Shown: one piece after another, positions 46,851 through 56,943 of the stretch
Position numbering within the stretch: position 1 is the stretch's first letter
How the letters are laid out: each line of letters opens with the position of its first letter
DNA from: Candidatus Atabeyarchaeum deiterrae
Lineage (GTDB): Archaea; Asgardarchaeota; Atabeyarchaeia; Atabeyarchaeales; Atabeyarchaeaceae
Direction: 5' to 3'
Assembly: GCA_037310415.1 (NCBI GenBank)
Contig: CP147780.1
Location: 1,248,001-1,312,000 of the forward strand
Length of the DNA: 64,000 nt
Made by a program: the position numbers and the translations under genes
Notes under the pieces: model-generated
Seen by the model: only the letters and a program-made list of their open reading frames with translations
The model's database searches: none
What the model was told of the DNA's origin: nothing

Positions 46851-46973
46851 AGCACATCCCGTCCTTTCTTCTTGAGGATAGCATCACCTTATAATACGTT
46901 GCAAAACATAGAGTAAGGTGCCTCTATAAAAATATGGGCTTACAGATGAAAACACAACTGGGCGTAGGTTCAT

Positions 46974-47753
46974 TTGAGAGACATCTTGGAGAAACTGGCC
47001 GCGGGGGAAATATCAGTAGATGAAGCTGAGAAACTGCTCAAGCTCTTCCTCATCGAAGAAGTAGGCAATATGGCCAGAATAGATATAGGCAGGGAACAGA
47101 GGAGAGGCGTCCCTGAGATAATTCTTGCCGAAGGAAAAACCCCCGAGGACGTTGTGGAAATAGCTACTAAACTTCTAGAAAACTCCGGCAGAGCAATTCT
47201 GAGCAGAGTTCAGAAAGAGCATATCGAAGCTTTGGAGAGAAGATCCAAGCGAGGCTCCTCTGGCACAATGATCATATACGAAAAGGCCAGAATCGTGGTG
47301 CTACACACAAAGGACTATCAAACACAAAAGACTGGTGGAAAAATAGGCATCTTGGCCGCAGGAACTACGGACATTCCAGTTGCAGAGGAAGTCAGAGTGA
47401 TCGCTGAAGAAATGGGTTGCGAGACAATCGCCGCATATGACGTAGGAGTAGCTGGAATTCACAGATTGTTCCCAGCTCTCAGGGAGTTCATTGAAAAGGA
47501 TGCCGACGTAGCCGTAGCCGTGGCGGGAAGAGAAGGTGCCTTACCATCTGTTGTCGCGGGCCTGCTCGATATCCCGATTATTGCGGTACCCACTTCAACA
47601 GGTTATGGGATGGGTGAAAAGGGTATGAGCGCGCTAACAGCAATGCTCCAAGCATGCGCCCTCGGAATAGCAGTAGTGAACATTGACGCAGGAGTTGCTG
47701 CAGGAACCGTGGCGGCACTAATAGCCAACCGCATAGCCAAGAAAGCTAAGTAA
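46974..47753 (+). CDS. larB: Nickel-pincer cofactor carboxylase/hydrolase LarB
   Basis: RRGVPEII.AEGKT, AGTTDIPVAEE, DVGVAGIHRL, AGREGALPSVV, VPTSTGYG, VVNID. Confidence 0.93.
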   Translation: MRDILEKLAAGEISVDEAEKLLKLFLIEEVGNMARIDIGREQRRGVPEIILAEGKTPEDVVEIATKLLENSGRAILSRVQKEHIEALERRSKRGSSGTMIIYEKARIVVLHTKDYQTQKTGGKIGILAAGTTDIPVAEEVRVIAEEMGCETIAAYDVGVAGIHRLFPALREFIEKDADVAVAVAGREGALPSVVAGLLDIPIIAVPTSTGYGMGEKGMSALTAMLQACALGIAVVNIDAGVAAGTVAALIANRIAKKAK

Positions 47754-48011
47754 ACCTCATCTATTCTCTTTTTATGTTAGTAGGCAAAGCAACCCTCAGA
47801 AGATTGTTCACGCCAGTAAGTAATCGGATTTCTAATGAAGCCAAATGCCTACCCTTCAATTTCCTTTTGGGAAGACTGCCTTACAACCAGCAGACAACAC
47901 ACGTCGTGGCAAGGACAAGCAAAACGATATATCCAACGTCAACACGATCACATATCACAACTTCTGACGGTAACACTTCAAGTCAGTAAGATAAGGAGGA
48001 AGAAAAGGGAC

Positions 48012-49505
48012 TTGACTAGTATCTACAATGCCATAGAAGATATTGTAGGATCGAAATACGTATCTGAGGAAGACTTTGTCCGCCAGACTTATGGCAAGAG
48101 CATAGATGCTGCTCTACCTGAGCGCTGGCCTGACGTTGTCGTCCGCCCTGGATCCACCGACGAGGTGTCACAGATCCTTCACATCGCCAACAGATTCAAG
48201 GCTCCAGTTATTCCGCGAGGAGGAGCATGTGACCTCTCGGGGGGTTCAAAGCCAGTAGAGGCTGGCGGAATAGTAATAGACTTGACACGAATGGACAAGA
48301 TAATCAATATTGATGAACAAACGTTGACAGTCACAGCTCAGTCAGGAATAACATGGGCTCAACTCAATGGGGTTCTATTCGAGAAGGGATACTACACTGG
48401 AAACCTTGGTCCGGGCAGCGGTCTCTCGGCGACGATTGGCGGCGGGCTCTCGCACCATAGTGTCGGAGGCGGAGGAGGCGCAAAGTACGGAACATGCACT
48501 CAGCATGTTGTGGCGCTTCAAGTCGTCTTGCCCCAAGGCGACATAGTACAGACAGGCTCAAACTCAAGCATATACGTTAAGGAACCATTCTGCAGATATG
48601 GACTTGGACCAGATCTCTGCGCCATGTTCCTCGGGGATCAAGGACTTCTCGGAGTGAAAACAGAGGCAACCTTGGAGATATTTCCAAAACCGCCATACCA
48701 TGCTGCCAAAACATTTACATTGAAAGAACCATCTGATGTCAAAGCCGCCAAGATATGGCTGGCTTGGAGAAAGAAAGGCGACCTGGGCATATACGACTCT
48801 CAATATTGGACCCCTCTCTCCGTTCAAGGTTTGACAGGAGGCCTAGTGCCAGCAGTTAACTTCCCGATTGCCAAAGCTTGGAAGGGATTGAACAAGGCGG
48901 TTTTCTTCTACACGATGGAGGGTGAGACCCCAGAAGAGCTCGATTCCAAGCAGAAAATTGTAGACAAGATCGTAGCTGAGAATGGGGGAGAAGCACTTGG
49001 AGACACAATGGAGAAAGGCAACTGGGCGAAATGGCACTATGAGGAAAATGGTCACTGGCAAAACTTCCATGCACTTTGGGGTTCGATAGGACCAGGGAGC
49101 ATGCCGTGTTCCACCGAACATCACCTCCCGATACACAGATTCCCAGAAGTCAACAAGAAACTGGGTGAGTGGGAAATAAAGAACATGGATAAGCTGACAA
49201 AAGCTGGACCAGCTGTGCAGGGATTGGCAATGGCACTACTTTGCGGACATACAACCGTCGAAATGGATTGTGGGCTAGTATGCTGGCCAGACGAAGACAA
49301 GAGGGAGCTGAATTACGAACTCTGGATAGACCAGATCAAAATGCTCGCTAAGGAGGGCATGGTCCCATACATGATGGGCGAGGCCGTAAGCAGAGCAGTC
49401 GTGGCAGCAGGTGCATATCCTGGACCATACTACGACTTCCTGCGTTCAATAAAGAAGACATTGGATCCAAACAGAATCCTCAGCCCAGGAAAATTCTACC
49501 TGTGA
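48012..49505 (+). CDS. FAD-binding oxidoreductase (GlcD / D-lactate dehydrogenase-like)
   Basis: PDVVVRP, PRGG, IDLTRMDKI, ATIGG, G.QGLLGV, DPNRILSPGK; TTG start at 48012 after GGAGG (track 47835). Confidence 0.88.
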   Translation: MTSIYNAIEDIVGSKYVSEEDFVRQTYGKSIDAALPERWPDVVVRPGSTDEVSQILHIANRFKAPVIPRGGACDLSGGSKPVEAGGIVIDLTRMDKIINIDEQTLTVTAQSGITWAQLNGVLFEKGYYTGNLGPGSGLSATIGGGLSHHSVGGGGGAKYGTCTQHVVALQVVLPQGDIVQTGSNSSIYVKEPFCRYGLGPDLCAMFLGDQGLLGVKTEATLEIFPKPPYHAAKTFTLKEPSDVKAAKIWLAWRKKGDLGIYDSQYWTPLSVQGLTGGLVPAVNFPIAKAWKGLNKAVFFYTMEGETPEELDSKQKIVDKIVAENGGEALGDTMEKGNWAKWHYEENGHWQNFHALWGSIGPGSMPCSTEHHLPIHRFPEVNKKLGEWEIKNMDKLTKAGPAVQGLAMALLCGHTTVEMDCGLVCWPDEDKRELNYELWIDQIKMLAKEGMVPYMMGEAVSRAVVAAGAYPGPYYDFLRSIKKTLDPNRILSPGKFYL

Positions 49506-49526
49506 GAATTACAGAGGAGGATAAAG

Positions 49527-50759
49527 ATGATGTCAAAACAAACGACCAAATTACCGTTCACAAACCTAAGGAAGCTACAGCAAATGGTTGTATCCTGCTC
49601 CCGAATCGGAGACTGCAGACAAATGGTCAAACCAGCGGTAGGGAGATACGATGTATGCCCCGTCAAGGACTATTTGGGTGGATTCGAGCCAATCATAGCG
49701 AGAGGAAGACTCAGGATGGCAGATGGTCTATTGAGAGGTACTCTCCAACCAAGTGACGCGCTAGCAGAGTCAGTTTATCAATGTACGCTATGTGGCAGCT
49801 GCAAGGAGGCATGCCAGAAATCGGGCAATGCTTGCGTAGAGCTCCCAATCAGCCGCTGGATCGACCACGTCAAAGTCTTTGAAGCTTTCAGAGCAGACCT
49901 TGTCGAGTCAGGGTTTGGGCCAATGCCCAGACACAAAGAGATCATGGGGTCGATCGAAAAGGACCACAACCCCTATTTCGAGAAACATGATGAAAGAGGC
50001 AAATGGGTACCAGCGGGCACGCAGCTGTCTGCAAAGGGCAAACTAGTTCTATTCACAGGCTGCACGGAACCGTACAGACAACCAGAAATACTGACCTCAC
50101 TTCTTGGCGTACTTGATGCAGCTGGGGTCAAAGTTGCGGTAATGAACCCGCAAGAGTACTGCTGTGGATCAGTAGCAATTAGAACTGGGAACAAAGCACT
50201 AGCTGAGAAACTCGCGAAGCACAACGTTGAGGCGTTGAAGGAAAGCGGAGCAAAGGATGTGTTGGTTCATTGCTCGGGTTGCTACAGAACCATGAAAGTT
50301 GATTACCCAGAAATTGTCGGGAAACTCCCCTTCAATGTCGTCCATGCAACTGAATTTATCCGCGACCTGATCAAGGATGACAAACTCGAACTACAAGAAG
50401 GCGCGAATGAGGGCAAGGTCACATACCACGACCCGTGCCACTTAGGCAGACAAGCGGGAGTCTACGATGCTCCAAGAGAAGTCCTGAAAGCCATACCTGG
50501 CTTGGAGTTCGTCGAAATGAAAAGGAATAGAGAGAACGCATGGTGTTGCGGAGCTGGAGGAGGAGTCAAGTCAGCTTTCGCAGAAATGGCTGTGAGGGTT
50601 GGAATTGACAGACTAGCTGAGGCCGAAGCAACCAAAGCCAACTTCCTTTCCTCGTCATGCCCGTTCTGCAGGGGAAACTTCATCGACGCCGCTAAAGCTA
50701 AGAAGACAAAACTGCAAGTAAAGGATGTTGTGGAGCTAGTTGCAGGCGCAATAGCATAA
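49527..50759 (+). CDS. Fe-S oxidoreductase with two CCG domains (GlcF/HdrD-like)
   Basis: CTLCGSCKEAC, FTGC, YCCG, CSGC, YHDPCHLGR, WCCGAGGG, CPFC. Confidence 0.9.
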   Translation: MMSKQTTKLPFTNLRKLQQMVVSCSRIGDCRQMVKPAVGRYDVCPVKDYLGGFEPIIARGRLRMADGLLRGTLQPSDALAESVYQCTLCGSCKEACQKSGNACVELPISRWIDHVKVFEAFRADLVESGFGPMPRHKEIMGSIEKDHNPYFEKHDERGKWVPAGTQLSAKGKLVLFTGCTEPYRQPEILTSLLGVLDAAGVKVAVMNPQEYCCGSVAIRTGNKALAEKLAKHNVEALKESGAKDVLVHCSGCYRTMKVDYPEIVGKLPFNVVHATEFIRDLIKDDKLELQEGANEGKVTYHDPCHLGRQAGVYDAPREVLKAIPGLEFVEMKRNRENAWCCGAGGGVKSAFAEMAVRVGIDRLAEAEATKANFLSSSCPFCRGNFIDAAKAKKTKLQVKDVVELVAGAIA

Positions 50760-50943
50760 TGAAAGAGCCTATCCTTTGACTTGGCCTCAGTATCGAGCAG
50801 TGTTCTTCCTTTGGATTGCAGCTGGGAGAGGTTCAACAAACCTTTCCCTCCATGCACCTTAAGGCTCAAGATGATAGAACAACTAGAGATGCTGGCGTTT
50901 GCACAAAAGAAGCATATTGCTGCCAATTCCAAAACGAGATGAC

Positions 50944-51288
50944 TCAGGTACTCATAGCGAATTTCTGATCCTTGTCAATTAGTTCTCCATTCACGCGCTC
51001 GATTATTCTGTTGAACTCCATATACGCTGCTACGACGTTTTTTACCGCATCTCGGCATTCCTTCATTATTCCATGCAGCTCCTCAGGGGAAGATGCCTTA
51101 CGAATGTCAGCAACGATCTCGTCAAGCAAAACTCTTTCGCCAAAAGGATTCACGTCTGACTCAACCGACATTAGAAGTTCAATCGAGTCCTTGGCATGTT
51201 CTTTGAAGATCTCAAAATCTGCGAGTCTTGCCTCTTCAGAGGTCAAACGAGAAGGTAAGCTTGACTTCACGATGTTCCCCTGCTGCAC
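50944..51288 (-). CDS. Hypothetical helical protein
   Basis: 114-aa ORF with protein-like composition; no recognised motif. Confidence 0.5.
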   Translation of the reverse strand: MQQGNIVKSSLPSRLTSEEARLADFEIFKEHAKDSIELLMSVESDVNPFGERVLLDEIVADIRKASSPEELHGIMKECRDAVKNVVAAYMEFNRIIERVNGELIDKDQKFAMST

Positions 51289-51625
51289 GTTTGCGAATAA
51301 TGCAGAGTCTCTCTAATTCTTCCTGTTAGCTTGAGAGTTCCTATAAAGTTTGTCAAGCAAATAGCAATAATCATCATGGAGATTACGAAAGTCGCAGATC
51401 CCTACCGTCAAAGTTTATTGCCGTACGGAACAGTCACGTTCCTGATTGGATATTTGAGTGAACACTCTTATCGGATCGAAAGCATTCGCCACCGTATCCC
51501 CATGTGATCGTATCAGACGCAGATGAATATCCTGTAGTCGGAACTAGCATATTGAAATACTAGGACCATAATCCGTACTGCTGTGGACCGCAATATCTAC
51601 AACTTCATCGAGGGCTTGGTGTCGA

Positions 51626-52513
51626 TTGCCTTTGACGACCCCAAAGATAAAGATGTTTTCAGTTAGGGACGGAATTCTTAAGGTTGCTCTCGCCGATGTC
51701 TGGGCACTAAAACTTCACGAGAAAGTCCTGCCTGACTTCATAAAGAAGTTGGAAGCATTCATAAAGGAAGACGGTATTGTCAAGGACCCCGTTATTGTTG
51801 ATGAGAAGACCCTAGTAGTTCTGGACGGAATGCATAGAGTCGTTGCTTTGAGAGAGCTCGGTTCCTCCTATGTTCCATGTTGCTTCATCGACTATACGGT
51901 TCCCGTTGTTCAGCTAGGCGCATGGTATCGCGTAATAATAGGGGGAGCGTCAACGAAAGAGATCGTGGAGATGACACGCACATCCTTCAAGAACTTGAGA
52001 ATAAATGAGGCGGAAACAACCAATCTTGATAGGAAGATAAACAGTTTTCAGGGAATCGGCGCGTTCCGATCATCGAGCTCCGCATGGATCATCAGAACAG
52101 GGAAGAAAACTAATCCCAAGGAAGCATATGACTCAATATACCTAATAGAAGAGAAACTCCGTTCAAGTGGCCTGAGGATCACCTTCCAGACTGAGTCCGA
52201 TGCCAAGACAATCATCCTAAACGACAAATCTTCGACATGTCTTATGGTTCCCGTACTCTCCAAGAAAGACGTTCTTCACTTTGCCCTCAGAGGCGAAGTG
52301 TTTGCTCCCAAGGCTACTCGACACGTATTTCCAGTGCGCATACTCGGCGTGAACATCCCAGTCGAGTGGCTCGACGGTGAGAAACTCGAAATCACCGAAG
52401 CGAATGAAAAGTTACAGAGTCTCCTCTCAAGCAGAAAACTTGTCAAGCTACCTGGCGGTCAGATTGTAGATGGACGTAGGTATGAGGAGCCAATCTACTT
52501 GTTTGAGAACTGA
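51626..52513 (+). CDS. ParB/sulfiredoxin-fold protein, SerK/SbnI-like kinase
   Basis: LHE, DPVIVD...LDGMHR, C-terminal FAPKATRH. Confidence 0.72.
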   Translation: MPLTTPKIKMFSVRDGILKVALADVWALKLHEKVLPDFIKKLEAFIKEDGIVKDPVIVDEKTLVVLDGMHRVVALRELGSSYVPCCFIDYTVPVVQLGAWYRVIIGGASTKEIVEMTRTSFKNLRINEAETTNLDRKINSFQGIGAFRSSSSAWIIRTGKKTNPKEAYDSIYLIEEKLRSSGLRITFQTESDAKTIILNDKSSTCLMVPVLSKKDVLHFALRGEVFAPKATRHVFPVRILGVNIPVEWLDGEKLEITEANEKLQSLLSSRKLVKLPGGQIVDGRRYEEPIYLFEN

Positions 52514-52555
52514 GGTAAGCAGACCAAGCTCGACAATTGGCTGATGATGCCTTTG

Positions 52556-53224
52556 CTATGACTGTCCACCTGCTCCGACACCCTTCTTACCAATCTTGTC
52601 GAGTTTCCTAATTTCGGCAACTATTTCACTGTCAGCAGCATGAATGCCCTTCAGAACATCTTCCATTCTGTTAGCCAGTCTTACGTCTTTGGGCCCCTCA
52701 GCTAGACAGCGTGCAAGTATTTCCATGAAAGCCTTGTCAACATTATCAGTCGTCTTCGCCGACGTTTCCAAGTAGTTATCCAATCTCATTGCATTGGCAG
52801 CTGCTTTTCCTTCTTCGAAACTGGTTTCACGCTTGTCCTTTAGATCAGCCTTGTTTCCTATTAGGGTCATTGGGATGCGGTATGGTATCCTCTTCCGAAC
52901 CTCGCTACACCAGTCTTCTACATGTTTGAATGTTTCTTTCCTTGTAAGGTCGAATACCATCAGAGTTGCTGCAGCTCCAGAAAAGAAGTAATCATTTACC
53001 GAGTCATGTATGCTCTGTCCTCTGACATCGAAAATTAGAAGATACAGAGTTCTGTCATTGAACTCGTAGATCCTAGTGATCACATCCGCGCCTATCGTTG
53101 CGACGTACTCAGGTCTAAACAGCATCCCCGCTTGAGCTCGGATCAGAGAGGTTTTACCGACGCGAGAGTCCCCTATTACTATTAGCTTGTAGGTACGGTT
53201 CTCGCGACTTGGTTCACCTGTCAT
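52556..53224 (-). CDS. Rab-like small GTPase
   Basis: G1 GDSRVGKTS, G2 YVATIGADV, G3 DVRGQ, G4 GNKAD, G5 ETSAK. Confidence 0.93.
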   Translation of the reverse strand: MTGEPSRENRTYKLIVIGDSRVGKTSLIRAQAGMLFRPEYVATIGADVITRIYEFNDRTLYLLIFDVRGQSIHDSVNDYFFSGAAATLMVFDLTRKETFKHVEDWCSEVRKRIPYRIPMTLIGNKADLKDKRETSFEEGKAAANAMRLDNYLETSAKTTDNVDKAFMEILARCLAEGPKDVRLANRMEDVLKGIHAADSEIVAEIRKLDKIGKKGVGAGGQS

Positions 53225-53487
53225 TACCAGACCAGCTCCTTCTGCCTCGAATATCAGAGTCGTCTCAGTGAGTTGCGCTCAAGGGAAACTCGTGTCTGTT
53301 CTGTCGATTGACTTGGCGCCCGAATCTGCTAGAGAAATTATGATCACATTTCTTATTACTGTTTTCTCTCCTATGGCGCGTTCTGATATTTAGAATGCGA
53401 TCTTCTTAACGTCGAAACGCTAATGAGTGATAGATCGAATACTTCTAAGCGGGGCCCATACGTTGCCCATGGAAGGTTGAATCAGAA

Positions 53488-54477
53488 ATGAGGGTGTACG
53501 TAACCAGAAAGACGCTTCCCGATCAGGCATTAAGCATACTCCAGAAAAAGAACATCGCATCAACTTTCAATTCCAAAGATGAGCCACCAAGCGAGGGAAC
53601 CATTAAACGGGGAATCGCGACTGCTGATGGGTTAGTGTGCCTACTTACGGACAAGATCACTTCAGAGATCATCGATCGGGCAGAGAATCTGAGAGTAATC
53701 AGCAATATCGCCGTTGGATACGACAATATTGATGTGAAAAAAGCCAGTGAGAGGGGGATCTACGTAACAAATACCCCTGGGGTTCTAACCGAAACAACCG
53801 CTGATTTGGCCTGGGGCCTAATGATGGCAGTGGCAAGAAGAATAGCTGAGGCTGACCGATACCTCAGAGCAGGCAAATGGAAGATTCAATGGAACCTAAT
53901 GTTCATGACAGGACAAGACATTCATGGCAAGACCCTCGGTCTGGTGGGTCTAGGCAGAATAGGACAAGCAATGGCAAGGAGGGCGAAGGGCTTCGATATG
54001 ACTATCCTTTATTACGATGAGCTCAGAAACACGGAACTCGAAACCAAAATGGGACTCACCTACGCATCCATGGAAACAGTCTTCAAGGAATCTGACATCG
54101 TCTCTGTCCACGTTCCGCTAACCGAGAAGACTCGCAACCTGGTCAATGAGAAGTATTTGAACGTCATGAAGAGGACCGCGATTTTAGTAAACACATCCAG
54201 AGGTCCGGTTGTGGACGAAGCGGCTCTATACAACGCTCTGAGAGAAGGAAAGATCGCAGGCGCTGGACTGGATGTCTTCCAGAAGGAGCCAATATTGATG
54301 TCGAACCCTTTGCTCAAACTTGACAACATCGTGCTTGTTCCACACATAGGCTCTGCTAGCGTCGAGACAAGAACCAAGATGGCAGTCATGGCTGTTGAGA
54401 ACGCTGTAGCAGTGCTCGAAGATGGAATTCCACCAAACTTGGTAAATCCTGAGGTTCTGCGCCATGACCGGTTCTAG
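53488..54477 (+). CDS. gyaR: D-2-hydroxyacid dehydrogenase (glyoxylate reductase-like)
   Basis: AVGYDNID, TNTPGVLTETTAD, GLGRIG, NTSRG, LDVF, PHIGSA. Confidence 0.9.
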   Translation: MRVYVTRKTLPDQALSILQKKNIASTFNSKDEPPSEGTIKRGIATADGLVCLLTDKITSEIIDRAENLRVISNIAVGYDNIDVKKASERGIYVTNTPGVLTETTADLAWGLMMAVARRIAEADRYLRAGKWKIQWNLMFMTGQDIHGKTLGLVGLGRIGQAMARRAKGFDMTILYYDELRNTELETKMGLTYASMETVFKESDIVSVHVPLTEKTRNLVNEKYLNVMKRTAILVNTSRGPVVDEAALYNALREGKIAGAGLDVFQKEPILMSNPLLKLDNIVLVPHIGSASVETRTKMAVMAVENAVAVLEDGIPPNLVNPEVLRHDRF

Positions 54478-54732
54478 TTCCATTTTTCCGTGCATGATGA
54501 ATGAAGAAGCATTTAACCAAACATAAAACGCCCTTGGTCTCCTTGATACACAAGACAAATAGGTTTTGGACGTGCCGCGACTTGGGTGTGGTTGGCGAGG
54601 GGACGAAACATTGTAAGTGAGATCATTGGTTCCAAAGGATCATCGATCTCTGTCCTGTTCGCAGCCAAGGCGAAATCCTTAGAAACCTGTTTACCATATG
54701 GGTCTATAGAAAAAGACAAGGAGGGTAGGGGC

Positions 54733-54864
54733 GTGAACTGGAGAAGAATCGTAGGAAGGGTGGGATCCAGAGTCTTCACATTTGTCTTAGTAGTATTATT
54801 CTTGTCTATAGTATTTTGGTGGCTTGTCTCCTTACCGGTATTACCAGATTGGCATCTGTATTAG
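54733..54864 (+). CDS. Small single-pass membrane peptide, 43 aa
   Basis: GTG start after a GGAGG-containing purine tract; MNWRRIVGRVGSRVFTFVLVVLFLSIVFWWLVSLPVLPDWHLY. Confidence 0.45.
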   Translation: MNWRRIVGRVGSRVFTFVLVVLFLSIVFWWLVSLPVLPDWHLY

Positions 54865-54926
54865 GCTCCTGTGAAATATCCTCTGTGCTTTAAGGTCAAG
54901 CTTTGCATAACTCTAATTCCGAGCTT

Positions 54927-55769
54927 CTATGTATTCAACGGGACAGGCTTAACGTAGTCTGTTTTTCCATAGGTTGGCATTACCCACATGTACAAACAGT
55001 ATGCGACGTTCCTGTATGTGGGTCTGACGAAATTCATGTGACCCAAGTTTCCAGGGAAGAATGCTCCTTCCCCATCTGTGAGGTCTCTGCAAATGGAAGA
55101 CCCTTCAGGGCTTATGAGATACTGGGTGACAGCTGTTTTCTTGTCAGAGATGCAGTATATGTGGACTTCAGGGATGTTCGGGTGGATGTGCGAACTTATC
55201 TCGAGTTCTCCCTCTTTATCCTTCTCCAGATTAACACTCGTCACAACTCCCTGCTTTAGTGAGTAATCTGGTATTTGTGTGAAACCGGACATGAAGAAGC
55301 CGTTCTTGATAGCTGTCCAATTGGTTCTATAAGTCGACATCTTCCTATCCGACCCTATTTCTCCTTGATGAGTAAATTTGTCAAAGCCAAATCTCTGGAT
55401 CTCAAAATCAGCGTCGACCTTTCTCACAGATGGACTGGACACGAAACAGATTTTGCTCCGCGTCTCAGATTCCTGGGGCTTAATTCGGAGTGTTTTCTCT
55501 GGCGGAATAAAAAACATATCAAACCGACCCAGATCTGAACTAGAGCCGCCATATTCAAGGATGGCTTTACCCGACAGCAGACAACCGTTTAGTACTTCCT
55601 TACTTTGAGTCTTGCATCTCAACTCTGAGTCGAGATAAGAGTACCGGAGTCTAGTCCTATCCAATTCTCTTTCAATAGCCTTGCTAACAGGATCTGCAAG
55701 GTAGAATGCATACATTGAATCCTTTGTTGGCAGTCTGCGAGGTAATGTCTTTTTCGGCTTGGGATTCAT
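54927..55769 (-). CDS. Bicupin protein, KduI/IolB (sugar-acid isomerase)-like
   Basis: EV...LLSGKA...GRFDMFFIPP first cupin; HIHPNIPEVHIY and later GH metal-ligand pattern; SD GGAGGT. Confidence 0.55.
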   Translation of the reverse strand: MNPKPKKTLPRRLPTKDSMYAFYLADPVSKAIERELDRTRLRYSYLDSELRCKTQSKEVLNGCLLSGKAILEYGGSSSDLGRFDMFFIPPEKTLRIKPQESETRSKICFVSSPSVRKVDADFEIQRFGFDKFTHQGEIGSDRKMSTYRTNWTAIKNGFFMSGFTQIPDYSLKQGVVTSVNLEKDKEGELEISSHIHPNIPEVHIYCISDKKTAVTQYLISPEGSSICRDLTDGEGAFFPGNLGHMNFVRPTYRNVAYCLYMWVMPTYGKTDYVKPVPLNT

Positions 55770-55936
55770 TGATCAGACCTCCAGCTTCTCTGATCTATGA
55801 TCAGCGGCTAGGTATTTATTACACTGCCTCTTCATCTGTCCCGTTCTAGTGCCGTAGAATGCAGCAGGTGAACGCGCTTTCCCATATCGGCCCTGCTAGG
55901 GGGGAGAAATATATACAACAGTCATGCTAATCCTCT

Positions 55937-56707
55937 TTGAGTGCTATCAAAGGGAGTGCGTGGTTGGAGATCAGTATTGGTGCCACAAAAGTGGAAACTG
56001 GTGGTGCAGCTGCCAAGAAGGCGCATGATATTCTACGTGGCGCGTTGAAATCAAAGCCGAAAGCATGCTTTGTTGCCGCAACTGGAGCGTCACAATTCGA
56101 ATTCCTCGATTCGCTCTGCAAAATGGGAGGAATTGATTGGATGCGGACGGAGATGTTCCATCTTGACGAGTATGTTGGGCTTCCTGCAAATCATCCCGCC
56201 AGTTTCCGGAAATACCTTATGGATCGTCTCATTAGCAGAGTGCGCCCAGGCAAGATACATCTAATCAAGGGTGATGCTGCAGATCCAGAAGCTGAACGCA
56301 AGAGAATCAGTGACCTGATTTCGAAAGAAAGTATCAACGTTGCTTTCGTGGGAATCGGTGAGAATGGTCATCTTGCCTTCAACGATCCGCCAGCTGATTT
56401 CGAAACCGACCAACCCTATCTCATTCTGGCTCTGGATGAGAAGTGCCGAAAGCAACAGGTTGGTGAAGGGTGGTTCCACTCTATCGAAGAAGTCCCAAAA
56501 AGAGCAATATCAATGTCAATAAAGCAGATTATGAGATCTGATAGTATCATCTGCACATGCCTCGACAAGCGCAAGGCAGAAGCAGTTAGAGACTGTCTGT
56601 CCATAGACGCGCCCGTATCTCCAATTCACCCAGCATCTATACTGAAACAACATCCTAGATGCCATATTTTCTTGGACGAAGACTCCTCTTCTCTACTCCG
56701 AAGATAG
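55937..56707 (+). CDS. Glucosamine-6-phosphate deaminase/isomerase family (NagB-like)
   Basis: ATGASQ, FHLDEYVGL...HPASF, GIGENGHLAFNDP, PASIL. Confidence 0.88.
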   Translation: MSAIKGSAWLEISIGATKVETGGAAAKKAHDILRGALKSKPKACFVAATGASQFEFLDSLCKMGGIDWMRTEMFHLDEYVGLPANHPASFRKYLMDRLISRVRPGKIHLIKGDAADPEAERKRISDLISKESINVAFVGIGENGHLAFNDPPADFETDQPYLILALDEKCRKQQVGEGWFHSIEEVPKRAISMSIKQIMRSDSIICTCLDKRKAEAVRDCLSIDAPVSPIHPASILKQHPRCHIFLDEDSSSLLRR

Positions 56708-56943
56708 GGAGCGAAGATTATAGTCTGCCAAAGAACGCATATGAAGTCGGTTTGAATCTCTGACAGAATACTTCTGACGACGAGACATCAATCCAAAGTA
56801 GAGTGATTGTATCGAAGGAGGTCTAATTGGAAGGCTGCAACCACTCTTAAGTAACAGCCCGGACTCACTCTTATCCTGACAAGGATCATCCACAATAACA
56901 AAATGAAGAGACCCACAAAGGCAAGGAAGAGGGAAGTCAATTA

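Noticed and set aside
51376-51507. 43-aa plus-strand ORF MEITKVADPY…
   Set aside because: No SD or motif support
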